A stretch of 64,000 bases of DNA from Clostridia bacterium (GTDB taxonomy: Bacteria; Bacillota; Clostridia; TANB77; CAG-465). The notes beneath the pieces were generated by a model. That model was not told the DNA's origin. It did no database searches and worked only from the letters and a program-made list of their open reading frames with translations. Position numbers and translations under genes: made by a program. Below, in pieces: positions 13,084 through 20,715 of this stretch (the first letter of the stretch is position 1; each line of letters opens with the position of its first letter). Location: assembly GCA_045652705.1 (NCBI GenBank), contig JAZRUV010000013.1, forward strand, positions 2,478-66,477. Direction: 5' to 3'.

Positions 13084-14679
13084 ATGAAAAAATGTGTATT
13101 TAGTCTATTAATGTTTGTAATTGGAATATGTATGTTTAGTAATGTATATGCAATTTCTAATGAATTTAAATTTGCAATAGAGACAATAGGAATTCCAAGA
13201 TACAATACGTATGGAGATGAAATAAATGAAGATATATACAAAACATATAATGTGTTTTCTTATGGCAAGCCGCATAAGGTAAATAGCTCTAAACAAAGAT
13301 GGAAAAATTCTAAGTATGGAATGTGGACTAAAAACGGTGGTAGTTATAACGGTAGTGGTACAAGAGGTGAGTATTATATCTTAGGGACAAGCTATAGTGG
13401 AGCATTAATATATAACTATTATTTCCCTATGGATGTGATTCCTACAACAACTCCAGATAAGTGGACGTTTTATACATATCCTGAAGCTGAAGCTTCTTGG
13501 AAAGATAAGACTAAATACATATACGAAGAACAACTAGAATATATGAAAACATCTAAACTTATGTTTAATGACATATCTAGCAGAGATAAAGCAGATAACC
13601 CTAAATATATTAAAGAGTACAATATAACTGCAAATAAAATTGGACTTAAGAAAGCAAGGCTAGATACTGCAGCGACTTGGAAAACCTATGGCATGATATC
13701 TACTCGTAGAAAGATAGATGGAATAGTTTATGCACAAGTATATTTAGTAAAGCCAATGGCGGCAAGTGCAAATGTTAAAAGTAGTTTAGAAGTATCAAAT
13801 GAATATATTTTAAAAGAAACAGAAGACGAGCTTGTTATACCAATTAATTACTTAACAGAAGTGATTAATATGACAGGCTATGCAGATAAAAAACATATTA
13901 AAGAGATAGTATCATCGCTGTATATAAACGGTGAGAAGGTAGATGAAATAAGTGGCAGTAAAATTATAAGTGTGGGCAATGAATATATGCTTGTAATAAC
14001 CCGAGATAAATTTCCCCCGAATAAAAATCACGATGTAGAGATAATGGTAGATGGATATATGCATACAGAATTTGTGATAGATGGCCTTATGAGATATAAG
14101 GTAACGAAAAATATAAAGGTGTATGTAGAGCCAAAACTAATTATTCCCGTTAAACAAAGTAATTTAAGAATTCTTGAAAAATCTGCATCGGATTGGGTTG
14201 TAAGACCACTAGCCCAAACATATGAAACTTCATCAGAAAGTGTTGGTTTTACTGAAGCTGGAAAAAGTATAATTGTAAAACTAGGATTAAATGTAGATAA
14301 AAATGATTTGAAAAATATAAAAGTAAGTATAGATAATACTTATATAACTAAAACCACATACGATATGTCAAAAGACCTGGTAATGACTCTAAAATTACCA
14401 AAGGATATGCATAGCACATTATATGGCAAATACAGCTTAAGAGAAAAGCTGGATAGCTACTTTCTAATCTCTACGAATGACATTGGAACAAGAAAGGGTG
14501 AACCACATATATTAAAAATAGAGTTTGAATGTATGGGTAGAGATTATGAAGAAATAATTCAATTTGATACGTTAGATACATATTTATCTAATGTAAATTC
14601 CAAGCTTAGTAAAACTACACTAAATGATGAAGAATATATTAAACTTGAAGATTGGATAAACATAGAGAATGATGAATAA
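13084..14679 (+). CDS. secreted hypothetical protein, 531 aa
   Basis: Signal peptide MKKCVFSLLMFVIGICMFSNVYA/ISN. No LPXTG motif and no recognised domain. Embedded in the Tad-like module. Confidence 0.7.
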   Translation: MKKCVFSLLMFVIGICMFSNVYAISNEFKFAIETIGIPRYNTYGDEINEDIYKTYNVFSYGKPHKVNSSKQRWKNSKYGMWTKNGGSYNGSGTRGEYYILGTSYSGALIYNYYFPMDVIPTTTPDKWTFYTYPEAEASWKDKTKYIYEEQLEYMKTSKLMFNDISSRDKADNPKYIKEYNITANKIGLKKARLDTAATWKTYGMISTRRKIDGIVYAQVYLVKPMAASANVKSSLEVSNEYILKETEDELVIPINYLTEVINMTGYADKKHIKEIVSSLYINGEKVDEISGSKIISVGNEYMLVITRDKFPPNKNHDVEIMVDGYMHTEFVIDGLMRYKVTKNIKVYVEPKLIIPVKQSNLRILEKSASDWVVRPLAQTYETSSESVGFTEAGKSIIVKLGLNVDKNDLKNIKVSIDNTYITKTTYDMSKDLVMTLKLPKDMHSTLYGKYSLREKLDSYFLISTNDIGTRKGEPHILKIEFECMGRDYEEIIQFDTLDTYLSNVNSKLSKTTLNDEEYIKLEDWINIENDE

Positions 14680-15115
14680 AGGCTGCATTAAAAACAAACA
14701 AGGGAATATGGTTATAGCTGTAGGGTTAATAGTATTAGTTTTAATATTTGCAGTAACGTTTTTGTTATACTACCAGGTAAACATCATAACCGAAAGTATA
14801 AGAGGGGATTTGTTTTATGTGTCAAATAGTTCGCTCCTTTCATTTGACACATCAGACCTTGCCTATGGTAAATATACGGTAGATGAAAATAAAACAAAAG
14901 AAATAATGGAGAATCTCTTAAACAAGAACTATCAAAATGGGTCAGTAAAAGAGATTAAGATAACAAATCTAGATATAGCCTATGAACAAGATAAAGTAAG
15001 GTTAGATACAGAAATTAAAGTTAAATTTAAAAGTGTAATAACAATTGGCGGAAAAAATGAACATGAATTTAAAATGAAAGAACAAGTAAAAATTGCTTTA
15101 CTTGAATATGACTAG
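14669..15115 (+). CDS. TadE-like pseudopilin candidate
   Basis: ..NKQG then NMVIAVGLIVLVLIFAVTFLL, a class III-like signal plus TM. Overlaps the upstream stop. Confidence 0.5.
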   Translation: MMNKGCIKNKQGNMVIAVGLIVLVLIFAVTFLLYYQVNIITESIRGDLFYVSNSSLLSFDTSDLAYGKYTVDENKTKEIMENLLNKNYQNGSVKEIKITNLDIAYEQDKVRLDTEIKVKFKSVITIGGKNEHEFKMKEQVKIALLEYD

Positions 15116-15123
15116 GAGAATGT

Positions 15124-15525
15124 ATGAAAGGGAAAAGAGGAAATGCTACTACAGCTATAACATTAGTAGTATCACTAGGATTTTTGTTAGTGCTTGCAAT
15201 GTATATTATAAATACAATAATACCTTTTGTGTGGTATCAAAAATTACAAGCTATTGCAAATAAATATGTATACGTGGTAGAAAAGTTTGGTTATCTAACA
15301 GATACAGAAGAAAAGGAACTTTTAAATGAGCTTAAAGAGGATGGTTTTGACTTAAATCAAATACAAATCGACTGTCCAAAAAGTTATTTAGAATATGGGA
15401 CATTATTTAAATTTGAGATAACGTATAACTTAAACCAACAATATAGCATAATAGATAATGGTATAAAAAACGAAGCGAGAACGGTTCCGCTTCGTATAAG
15501 GAAGTATGGCTATTCAAAAATATAA
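15124..15525 (+). CDS. TadE/DUF4320-like pseudopilin candidate
   Basis: MKGKRG then NATTAITLVVSLGFLLVLAMYII. Size and position are typical of the small proteins that close clostridial Tad loci. Confidence 0.5.
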   Translation: MKGKRGNATTAITLVVSLGFLLVLAMYIINTIIPFVWYQKLQAIANKYVYVVEKFGYLTDTEEKELLNELKEDGFDLNQIQIDCPKSYLEYGTLFKFEITYNLNQQYSIIDNGIKNEARTVPLRIRKYGYSKI

Positions 15526-15577
15526 CAAAGCAATATGACAAACAGTAAACAAATATACAAAGAACAATTCCAACCAA

Positions 15578-16168
15578 CTAAATTTTTTGTAATGTTTGTA
15601 CTGCATTTTTTGCAATTATTAGTTTAGCATATTCTAAAAAAGCAGTTGTTTGTTTTGAAAAATATTTATCTACGTATTCTGAAAGCACACTAAATGTTTT
15701 AACAAATCCAGACTTTTTAATTGTTGAATTAGAAAACATTAAAAAGTATTTTCCATTAAATTCGTAAAGAGAGTTTATACCAACAAATAGTTCACCAATA
15801 GTTACTTGTTTGCAAAATTCATACAGTTCTTTTAAAGAGGAAAAGCTATATATGTTGGAAGATACGGTATAAGCTACTCTACTTGCTTTTGCAGGTTTGT
15901 CATATTTAGCTATATCTGGAAGGCAATCAGCCTTGGTTATTGTAATCATAAATATATCATCTTCAGAAGTAGTTACTTCTACAAAAAGTTGTGAAGTGTC
16001 CCCTGTAAACTCTTCAGTTATATTAGCATCTTCTAATATTTCAAAGAAGAAGTCTTGAACGTTTTCAGCTCCTTCTTTTATATCTTTTAAAGTTATTTTT
16101 CTTTTAGCGAGTTCGGCTAAAGTTAGAATAATCATAGCTTTATTGTTATTAATTTTTTCAACTTTCAA
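15578..16168 (-). CDS. mecA: adaptor protein MecA (ClpC adaptor)
   Basis: MKVEKINNNKAMIILTLAELAKRKITLKDI..DFFFEILEDANITEEF...LFVEVT..DDIFMITITKA follows the MecA N-domain pattern. About 196 aa. Confidence 0.7.
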   Translation of the reverse strand: MKVEKINNNKAMIILTLAELAKRKITLKDIKEGAENVQDFFFEILEDANITEEFTGDTSQLFVEVTTSEDDIFMITITKADCLPDIAKYDKPAKASRVAYTVSSNIYSFSSLKELYEFCKQVTIGELFVGINSLYEFNGKYFLMFSNSTIKKSGFVKTFSVLSEYVDKYFSKQTTAFLEYAKLIIAKNAVQTLQKI

Positions 16169-16285
16169 AGAAATTCTCCTTTCGCCTAATACTACATTAT
16201 ATGAATTAGATTTTGTCTAGGTTAAATATATTTTGGCCCTTAATGGAAAAAATTATGTAATTAATAAAAATTAAATGTACAAAAG

Positions 16286-16314
16286 TTGAATTTTGACTTT
16301 ACATATGTTATAAT
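16286..16314 (+). promoter_or_regulatory. sigmaA-type promoter of rpsF-ssb-rpsR
   Basis: TTGAAT at 16286-16291, 17-nt spacer ending in TGT, TATAAT at 16309-16314. Confidence 0.6.
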
Positions 16315-16320
16315 AATCGT

Positions 16321-16380
16321 GTTAGTTTCCTTGCTCTTAACGAGAATTAAGGGCCTAGACCGTGAGGAGGTGTAAATAAT
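16321..16380 (+). promoter_or_regulatory. structured rpsF 5' leader (candidate S6:S18 autoregulatory element)
   Basis: Helix CCTT-g-CTC-ttaac-GAG-aatt-AAGG at 16329-16352, directly before the GAGGAGG RBS. Confidence 0.35.
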
Positions 16381-16665
16381 ATGAACACATACGAAGCAGT
16401 AGTAATACTTACAACAAAATTATCTGATGAAGAAAGAGAAGCAGTACAAGCTAAAATTTCTGACCTTATTGCAAAATCAGGTGAAGTTATATCAGTAGAT
16501 GATTGGAAAACTAAAAAGTTAGCATATGAAATAAAACACGAAACAGAAGGATATTATTTCTTATACAACTTTAAAGCTAATCCAGAGTTTATAGCTGAGT
16601 TTGAAAGAGTTCTTAGAATTGATACTAGTGTATTAAAATTCATGGTTATCAAAAAAGAAGCTTAA
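16381..16665 (+). CDS. rpsF: 30S ribosomal protein S6
   Basis: MNTYEAVVIL...GYYFLYNF; conserved rpsF-ssb-rpsR order. Confidence 0.93.
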   Translation: MNTYEAVVILTTKLSDEEREAVQAKISDLIAKSGEVISVDDWKTKKLAYEIKHETEGYYFLYNFKANPEFIAEFERVLRIDTSVLKFMVIKKEA

Positions 16666-16697
16666 GTTTAAACTTAGAATTTTAGGAGGAAAATTAT

Positions 16698-17126
16698 ATG
16701 AATAAATTTCAATTTATGGGAAGACTAACAAAGGATCCGGAAGTAAGATATACATCTGGCAATAATACGCAAGTTACAACATTTTCTTTAGCAGTAAATA
16801 GAAGATTTGTAGCTCAAGGTGGAGAAAGACAAGCAGACTTCTTTAATTTAACAGCTTTTGGAAAAACAGCAGAGTTTTGTGCTAAGTATTTCAAAAAGGG
16901 TCAACAAGTTTTAGTTGAAGGAAGAATTCAAAACAGGACTTGGGATGATCAAAATGGTCAAAAGAGATATGCAACAGACTTTATAGTTGAGGATACATAT
17001 TTCGCAGACACAAAAAGAGAAGGTGCTGGTGCATCTTTCGATATGCCTGAAATGCCACAAATGCCAGCCAGTACAGATGCCGGTGATTTCATAACAATAG
17101 ACGAGACTGAAGAATTACCATTCTAG
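16698..17126 (+). CDS. ssb: single-stranded DNA-binding protein
   Basis: MNKFQFMGRLTKDPEVRYT OB fold; acidic tail ending in ..DETEELPF. Confidence 0.93.
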   Translation: MNKFQFMGRLTKDPEVRYTSGNNTQVTTFSLAVNRRFVAQGGERQADFFNLTAFGKTAEFCAKYFKKGQQVLVEGRIQNRTWDDQNGQKRYATDFIVEDTYFADTKREGAGASFDMPEMPQMPASTDAGDFITIDETEELPF

Positions 17127-17153
17127 TCCGTATTTAATGAAAGGAGTATTAAA

Positions 17154-17408
17154 ATGGCAGATAACAAAAAACGTTCAAACAAGGATAAAGCTTTCAGAAG
17201 ACCAAGAAAGAAAGTTTGTCAATTCTGTGCAGATAAATCACAAGAAATAGATTACAAAGACGTTGAAAAATTAAAAAGATTTGTAAGCGAAAAAGGTAAA
17301 ATATTACCAAGAAGAGTAACAGGAACTTGTGCTTTACATCAAAGAAAAGTTACTGAAGCTATTAAAAGAGCAAGAACAATTGCACTTTTACCTTACACAG
17401 CTGAATAA
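17154..17408 (+). CDS. rpsR: 30S ribosomal protein S18
   Basis: [11 protein letters not shown]....[33 protein letters not shown]. Confidence 0.93.
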   Translation: MADNKKRSNKDKAFRRPRKKVCQFCADKSQEIDYKDVEKLKRFVSEKGKILPRRVTGTCALHQRKVTEAIKRARTIALLPYTAE

Positions 17409-17594
17409 TAAAGAACAATTACGGTATAATGAATTTTGTTATGCCGTATTTCTTTTAATGTTTTTTCAAAGAATTAATTCAAAACATTTATTAAAGCATC
17501 AATTTAATCTAATTAATCTAAAAATTTCAATAGAAGTATATTAAAAATATAAATATAATTGCACAATTAAAAAACAATTATATATTGTTTGTAA

Positions 17595-17618
17595 TTTTGC
17601 AGTCGGTAACTGCAAAAA
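17595..17618. repeat. palindromic hairpin element, copy 1 (TGCAGT-N5-ACTGCA family)
   Basis: TTTTGCAGT-cggta-ACTGCAAAA. Confidence 0.8.
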
Positions 17619-17641
17619 TGGAGTGAACAAAAAGATATATA

Positions 17642-17668
17642 AATTGTGCAGTCATTGACTGCACAATT
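17642..17668. repeat. palindromic hairpin element, copy 2
   Basis: AATTGTGCAGT-cattg-ACTGCACAATT (11-bp perfect stem). Confidence 0.85.
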
Positions 17669-17795
17669 AGGAATGATATGCAAAAAAGTCCCTTAATCAA
17701 GAAAAAATAGAGCATATTTTTCTTGGCAAGGGGACAAACTTTCTATAAACCACGCAATTATATATAATTATTAATAAGAAAATAGTAGGATTATT

Positions 17796-17824
17796 AAATT
17801 TTGCAGTTGATGACTGCAAAATTT
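17796..17824. repeat. palindromic hairpin element, copy 3
   Basis: AAATTTTGCAGT-tgatg-ACTGCAAAATTT (12-bp perfect stem). Confidence 0.85.
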
Positions 17825-17827
17825 ATA

Positions 17828-17853
17828 AAATCGTCCAGACGTCTAGACGATTT
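17828..17853. promoter_or_regulatory. 26-bp near-perfect palindrome upstream of the NUDIX promoter (possible operator)
   Basis: AAATCGTCCAGAC|GTCTAGACGATTT, with 12 of 13 pairs complementary. It ends 11 nt before TTGACA at 17865-17870. Confidence 0.4.
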
Positions 17854-17918
17854 GAAAATCTCAATTGACATTATGTTCTTTATGATATAGTATATTAACA
17901 TATAAAGGGAGTGTAATT

Positions 17919-18437
17919 ATGGAACTATTAGATGTTTATGACAACGATGGTGAAGTGACAGGAAGAGTAGTTATACGTGGAGATAAAACGGTAACACTAA
18001 GTGACAATGAACATATTGCAGTAGGGGTAATTTTCATACAAAATAGCAAAGGCGAATTTTTAATTCAAAAAACTTCAAAGGAAAAAGGTGGTGAATATAC
18101 TTCAACTGGTGGCCATGTAGATAGTGGTGAAACACCACTAGAAAGTATCAAAAGAGAAGTAAAAGAAGAATTAGGACTTGACGTGGATAATGACAATATA
18201 GTAGAGCTAGGATATCTCCTTTATGATAGACCAATTAGATTTATGTTTTATCTTAAAAAAGATGTGGATATACAAATTCTAAAACTTCAACAGGAAGAAG
18301 TAGAAGGTGCAGAATTTATGTCTGTAGATAGAATAAAAGAATTAATAGAACAAGGCTTAATGCTTACGTCTCATGGCAAAATATTTAATAAAGTGTTAGA
18401 ATATTTAGGACCAACAGAGAAAAAGGTGGAAAAATAA
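17919..18437 (+). CDS. NUDIX hydrolase
   Basis: Nudix box GGHVDSGETPLESIKREVKEELGL (GX5EX7REUXEEXGU). Confidence 0.85.
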   Translation: MELLDVYDNDGEVTGRVVIRGDKTVTLSDNEHIAVGVIFIQNSKGEFLIQKTSKEKGGEYTSTGGHVDSGETPLESIKREVKEELGLDVDNDNIVELGYLLYDRPIRFMFYLKKDVDIQILKLQQEEVEGAEFMSVDRIKELIEQGLMLTSHGKIFNKVLEYLGPTEKKVEK

Positions 18438-18506
18438 TATGATTTGTAGTTTGACAATAATAATTATATAGTGTAGAATTGTTGTAATAAAATTGGAGGA
18501 AAACAT

Positions 18507-18944
18507 ATGATAAGTGCAAGTTTTAAGGAAGCTGCGGTTGAAGTTTTAGACATTTTAGCGCATACAAGTAAACGTGATGTAGAAAAAATACCAGAGAGTT
18601 TTATAACTTTTTTAAAAGAAAATAGTTCAAAAACTTATGTATCAAAATTAGACCATTCTAAAGCGATAAAAGACATGGATTTAAAGCCAAAAACAGAAGC
18701 AATATTAGCTTTAATATATATAAAGTATTGGGCAAATGAACAAGAAAAACAAATATTTGAAAAGAGGATAAGGGAAAGTCAAGCTAGATTTACAGCGGAA
18801 GAACAATTAGGGTTTGCAACTTTTGATAAAGAGAGAAAACACATTAAAGAAAGTAATGTTGAAGTTAAAAACGAGTTGCAAACATATAAAAAACAAAGTT
18901 GGCTTTCAAAATTGATTAATAAAATATTAAAAGGTAGGGGATAG
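18507..18944 (+). CDS. hypothetical protein, 145 aa; paralog of 41412-41846
   Basis: Shares ..KIPESF....Y......IK...LK..TEAILALIYIKYWANEQEK.. with ..KVPEYL....Y......IK...LK..TLAIIAWLNLEYWCQDENEK.. in the other copy. Both end in an amphipathic basic tail. Confidence 0.6.
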   Translation: MISASFKEAAVEVLDILAHTSKRDVEKIPESFITFLKENSSKTYVSKLDHSKAIKDMDLKPKTEAILALIYIKYWANEQEKQIFEKRIRESQARFTAEEQLGFATFDKERKHIKESNVEVKNELQTYKKQSWLSKLINKILKGRG

Positions 18945-18946
18945 GT

Positions 18947-20560
18947 ATGAGTAGAATGGCAATATGGGAGACTTTAGATTTTGATGGAATAGTTTCAAAA
19001 GAAGCGTTTCAAGATAAAAATATGTATAAAGAGAAGTTTTTATATTTAAGGGCGGCGGTGTATCAATTTCATGGTGAAAGAAGTGAGTATTTGTGCGAGA
19101 ATATGCCATTGGATGCCCATGGAAATCGAATAGAAGAAACACTAGAAAAAAATATAATGGAATGGATAGAACGTATACCGGGATTGAAGCAAATGGACAA
19201 TATACATGAGCCTGGATATGTAGAGGACGAAGAAGAGATAGAAGATTTAATAGCGGATGAGTATGTAGATGAAAGTGATGATTGGGATTATAGAGAAGGT
19301 TTAATAGAAGATGCCTATGAGGAGAATTTTAACTATAATGGAGATGTGGGAAGCGACTATTGGGCAGATTTAGAATCTTTGTATAGAGCAATGTTATATG
19401 ATGCATCAAGTGAGATTTTAAATGATAGAGATATTATGGAAAGTGTTGTTGATACTTGGTTTAAAGATGTTGCTAATTTTGATATTATAAGATACACACA
19501 ATCAATATCACCAACTATAAGTATTGAAGATTCGTGGCCAGAATTAGAGGAATTGGAAGATTACGATGATAAATATGATGATGTCTATGGTAATCTGGAA
19601 AGAGCGAATTACTTAATTTCTGACATATTTTCTATGATGGGTGAAAATGTAAGGAAAGACAAACAATTTATACTAACAACAATTAAAAAATATAAGGATG
19701 CTGTTGGACTAAATAGGGTTATATACGACGGTGAGTATATATATGATAAGATGCAAAGAAATTTGATCGGTTTATATAAAAGCATTGGCAGCGAAATAGG
19801 TGAATTGGGGAATGATGAAGAGTTTATTCTAGGTATGATAAAACCGCAACAAGATTTTGATACAAGTGCCTTTGATTATATGGACTCACAAGATAGAAGA
19901 AGAGAGTATTATAAACAAGCTAATACAAGCTGTGCAGTGGATTGGGCGAGTGATGAATTAAAGTCAAACCCTGAATTTTGGAAAAAAGCTATATCTATAA
20001 ATGTAGACACTATGAGGTATATGCCGTTGGAGATTTTAAATAATGTTGATTCTTATGTGGATTTTATTGAACCAGTATTAAATGAATATGTAAAAACTTA
20101 TGCATACGAGAGCTTGTTGCATAGAGGTAAAGAGAGAGTACTATTTACTGATGAAGGTGACAGTCAAAATTTTGGTTTCGGTTATTTGCCAGCTTCGTTA
20201 AAGTCTAATCCTCAATTCGTAGAACAATTTAATGAGGTGTTGGAGAGAAAGTTTAAAGAGGCAAGAGAAACACATTTTAAATATTGGATACAACAACTTT
20301 CTATCCCACAAGCTACGTCAAAGACGGCGAAAAAAATTGAAGAGCTGCAAGCAGAATTAAATAGTCCAGAAGCTTGGGAAAAAGTGTTGACGCAGTTTAG
20401 AGATAATATGCCAAAAGAATATGCTATACAACAAATCACAGAAAAACATACTGCTGAAGAAATAGCACAAGGAATATCACCAAGTATTACAGAAATTAAT
20501 GCAGTTACAACGGAAATAATAGACGGACAAGTACAAGATAAAAATATTGATAAACAATAA
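18947..20560 (+). CDS. large acidic hypothetical protein, 537 aa, with DUF4116-like repeats
   Basis: Asp/Glu-rich, no TM. Motifs ASDELKSNPEFWKKAISINVDTMRYMPLEILNN and LPASLKSNPQFVEQF resemble DUF4116 repeats. Starts 2 nt after the upstream stop. Confidence 0.6.
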   Translation: MSRMAIWETLDFDGIVSKEAFQDKNMYKEKFLYLRAAVYQFHGERSEYLCENMPLDAHGNRIEETLEKNIMEWIERIPGLKQMDNIHEPGYVEDEEEIEDLIADEYVDESDDWDYREGLIEDAYEENFNYNGDVGSDYWADLESLYRAMLYDASSEILNDRDIMESVVDTWFKDVANFDIIRYTQSISPTISIEDSWPELEELEDYDDKYDDVYGNLERANYLISDIFSMMGENVRKDKQFILTTIKKYKDAVGLNRVIYDGEYIYDKMQRNLIGLYKSIGSEIGELGNDEEFILGMIKPQQDFDTSAFDYMDSQDRRREYYKQANTSCAVDWASDELKSNPEFWKKAISINVDTMRYMPLEILNNVDSYVDFIEPVLNEYVKTYAYESLLHRGKERVLFTDEGDSQNFGFGYLPASLKSNPQFVEQFNEVLERKFKEARETHFKYWIQQLSIPQATSKTAKKIEELQAELNSPEAWEKVLTQFRDNMPKEYAIQQITEKHTAEEIAQGISPSITEINAVTTEIIDGQVQDKNIDKQ

Positions 20561-20595
20561 GCTCAAACATAGAAATAAAATTAAATATTAATGTT

Positions 20596-20624
20596 AAATT
20601 GTGCAGTTGATGACTGCACAATTT
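20596..20624. repeat. palindromic hairpin element, copy 4 (also a likely terminator)
   Basis: AAATTGTGCAGT-tgatg-ACTGCACAATTT followed by TTT. Same loop as copy 3 and same stem as copy 2. Confidence 0.85.
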
Positions 20625-20662
20625 TTAACCCACAATGACACATCTAAAACTTGTCATTTTCG

Positions 20663-20691
20663 TTGACAATTCCCCTTTTCTGTAGTAAAAT
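20663..20691 (+). promoter_or_regulatory. sigmaA-type promoter of gdpP
   Basis: TTGACA at 20663-20668, 17-nt spacer, TAAAAT at 20686-20691. Confidence 0.6.
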
Positions 20692-20715
20692 ATTACTGTG
20701 AAAAAAGGGGATTTT

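Noticed and set aside
17329-17544. 71-aa ORF overlapping the 3' end of rpsR and running into the intergenic region.
   Set aside because: It is out of frame with rpsR, has no RBS, and its low-complexity A/T-rich product is unconvincing.
17594-17863. Possible CRISPR array, because several similar palindromic repeats are close together.
   Set aside because: There are only three local copies with irregular spacing (24 and 128 nt) and imperfect identity. No cas genes are present. I treat them as a REP-like hairpin family instead.
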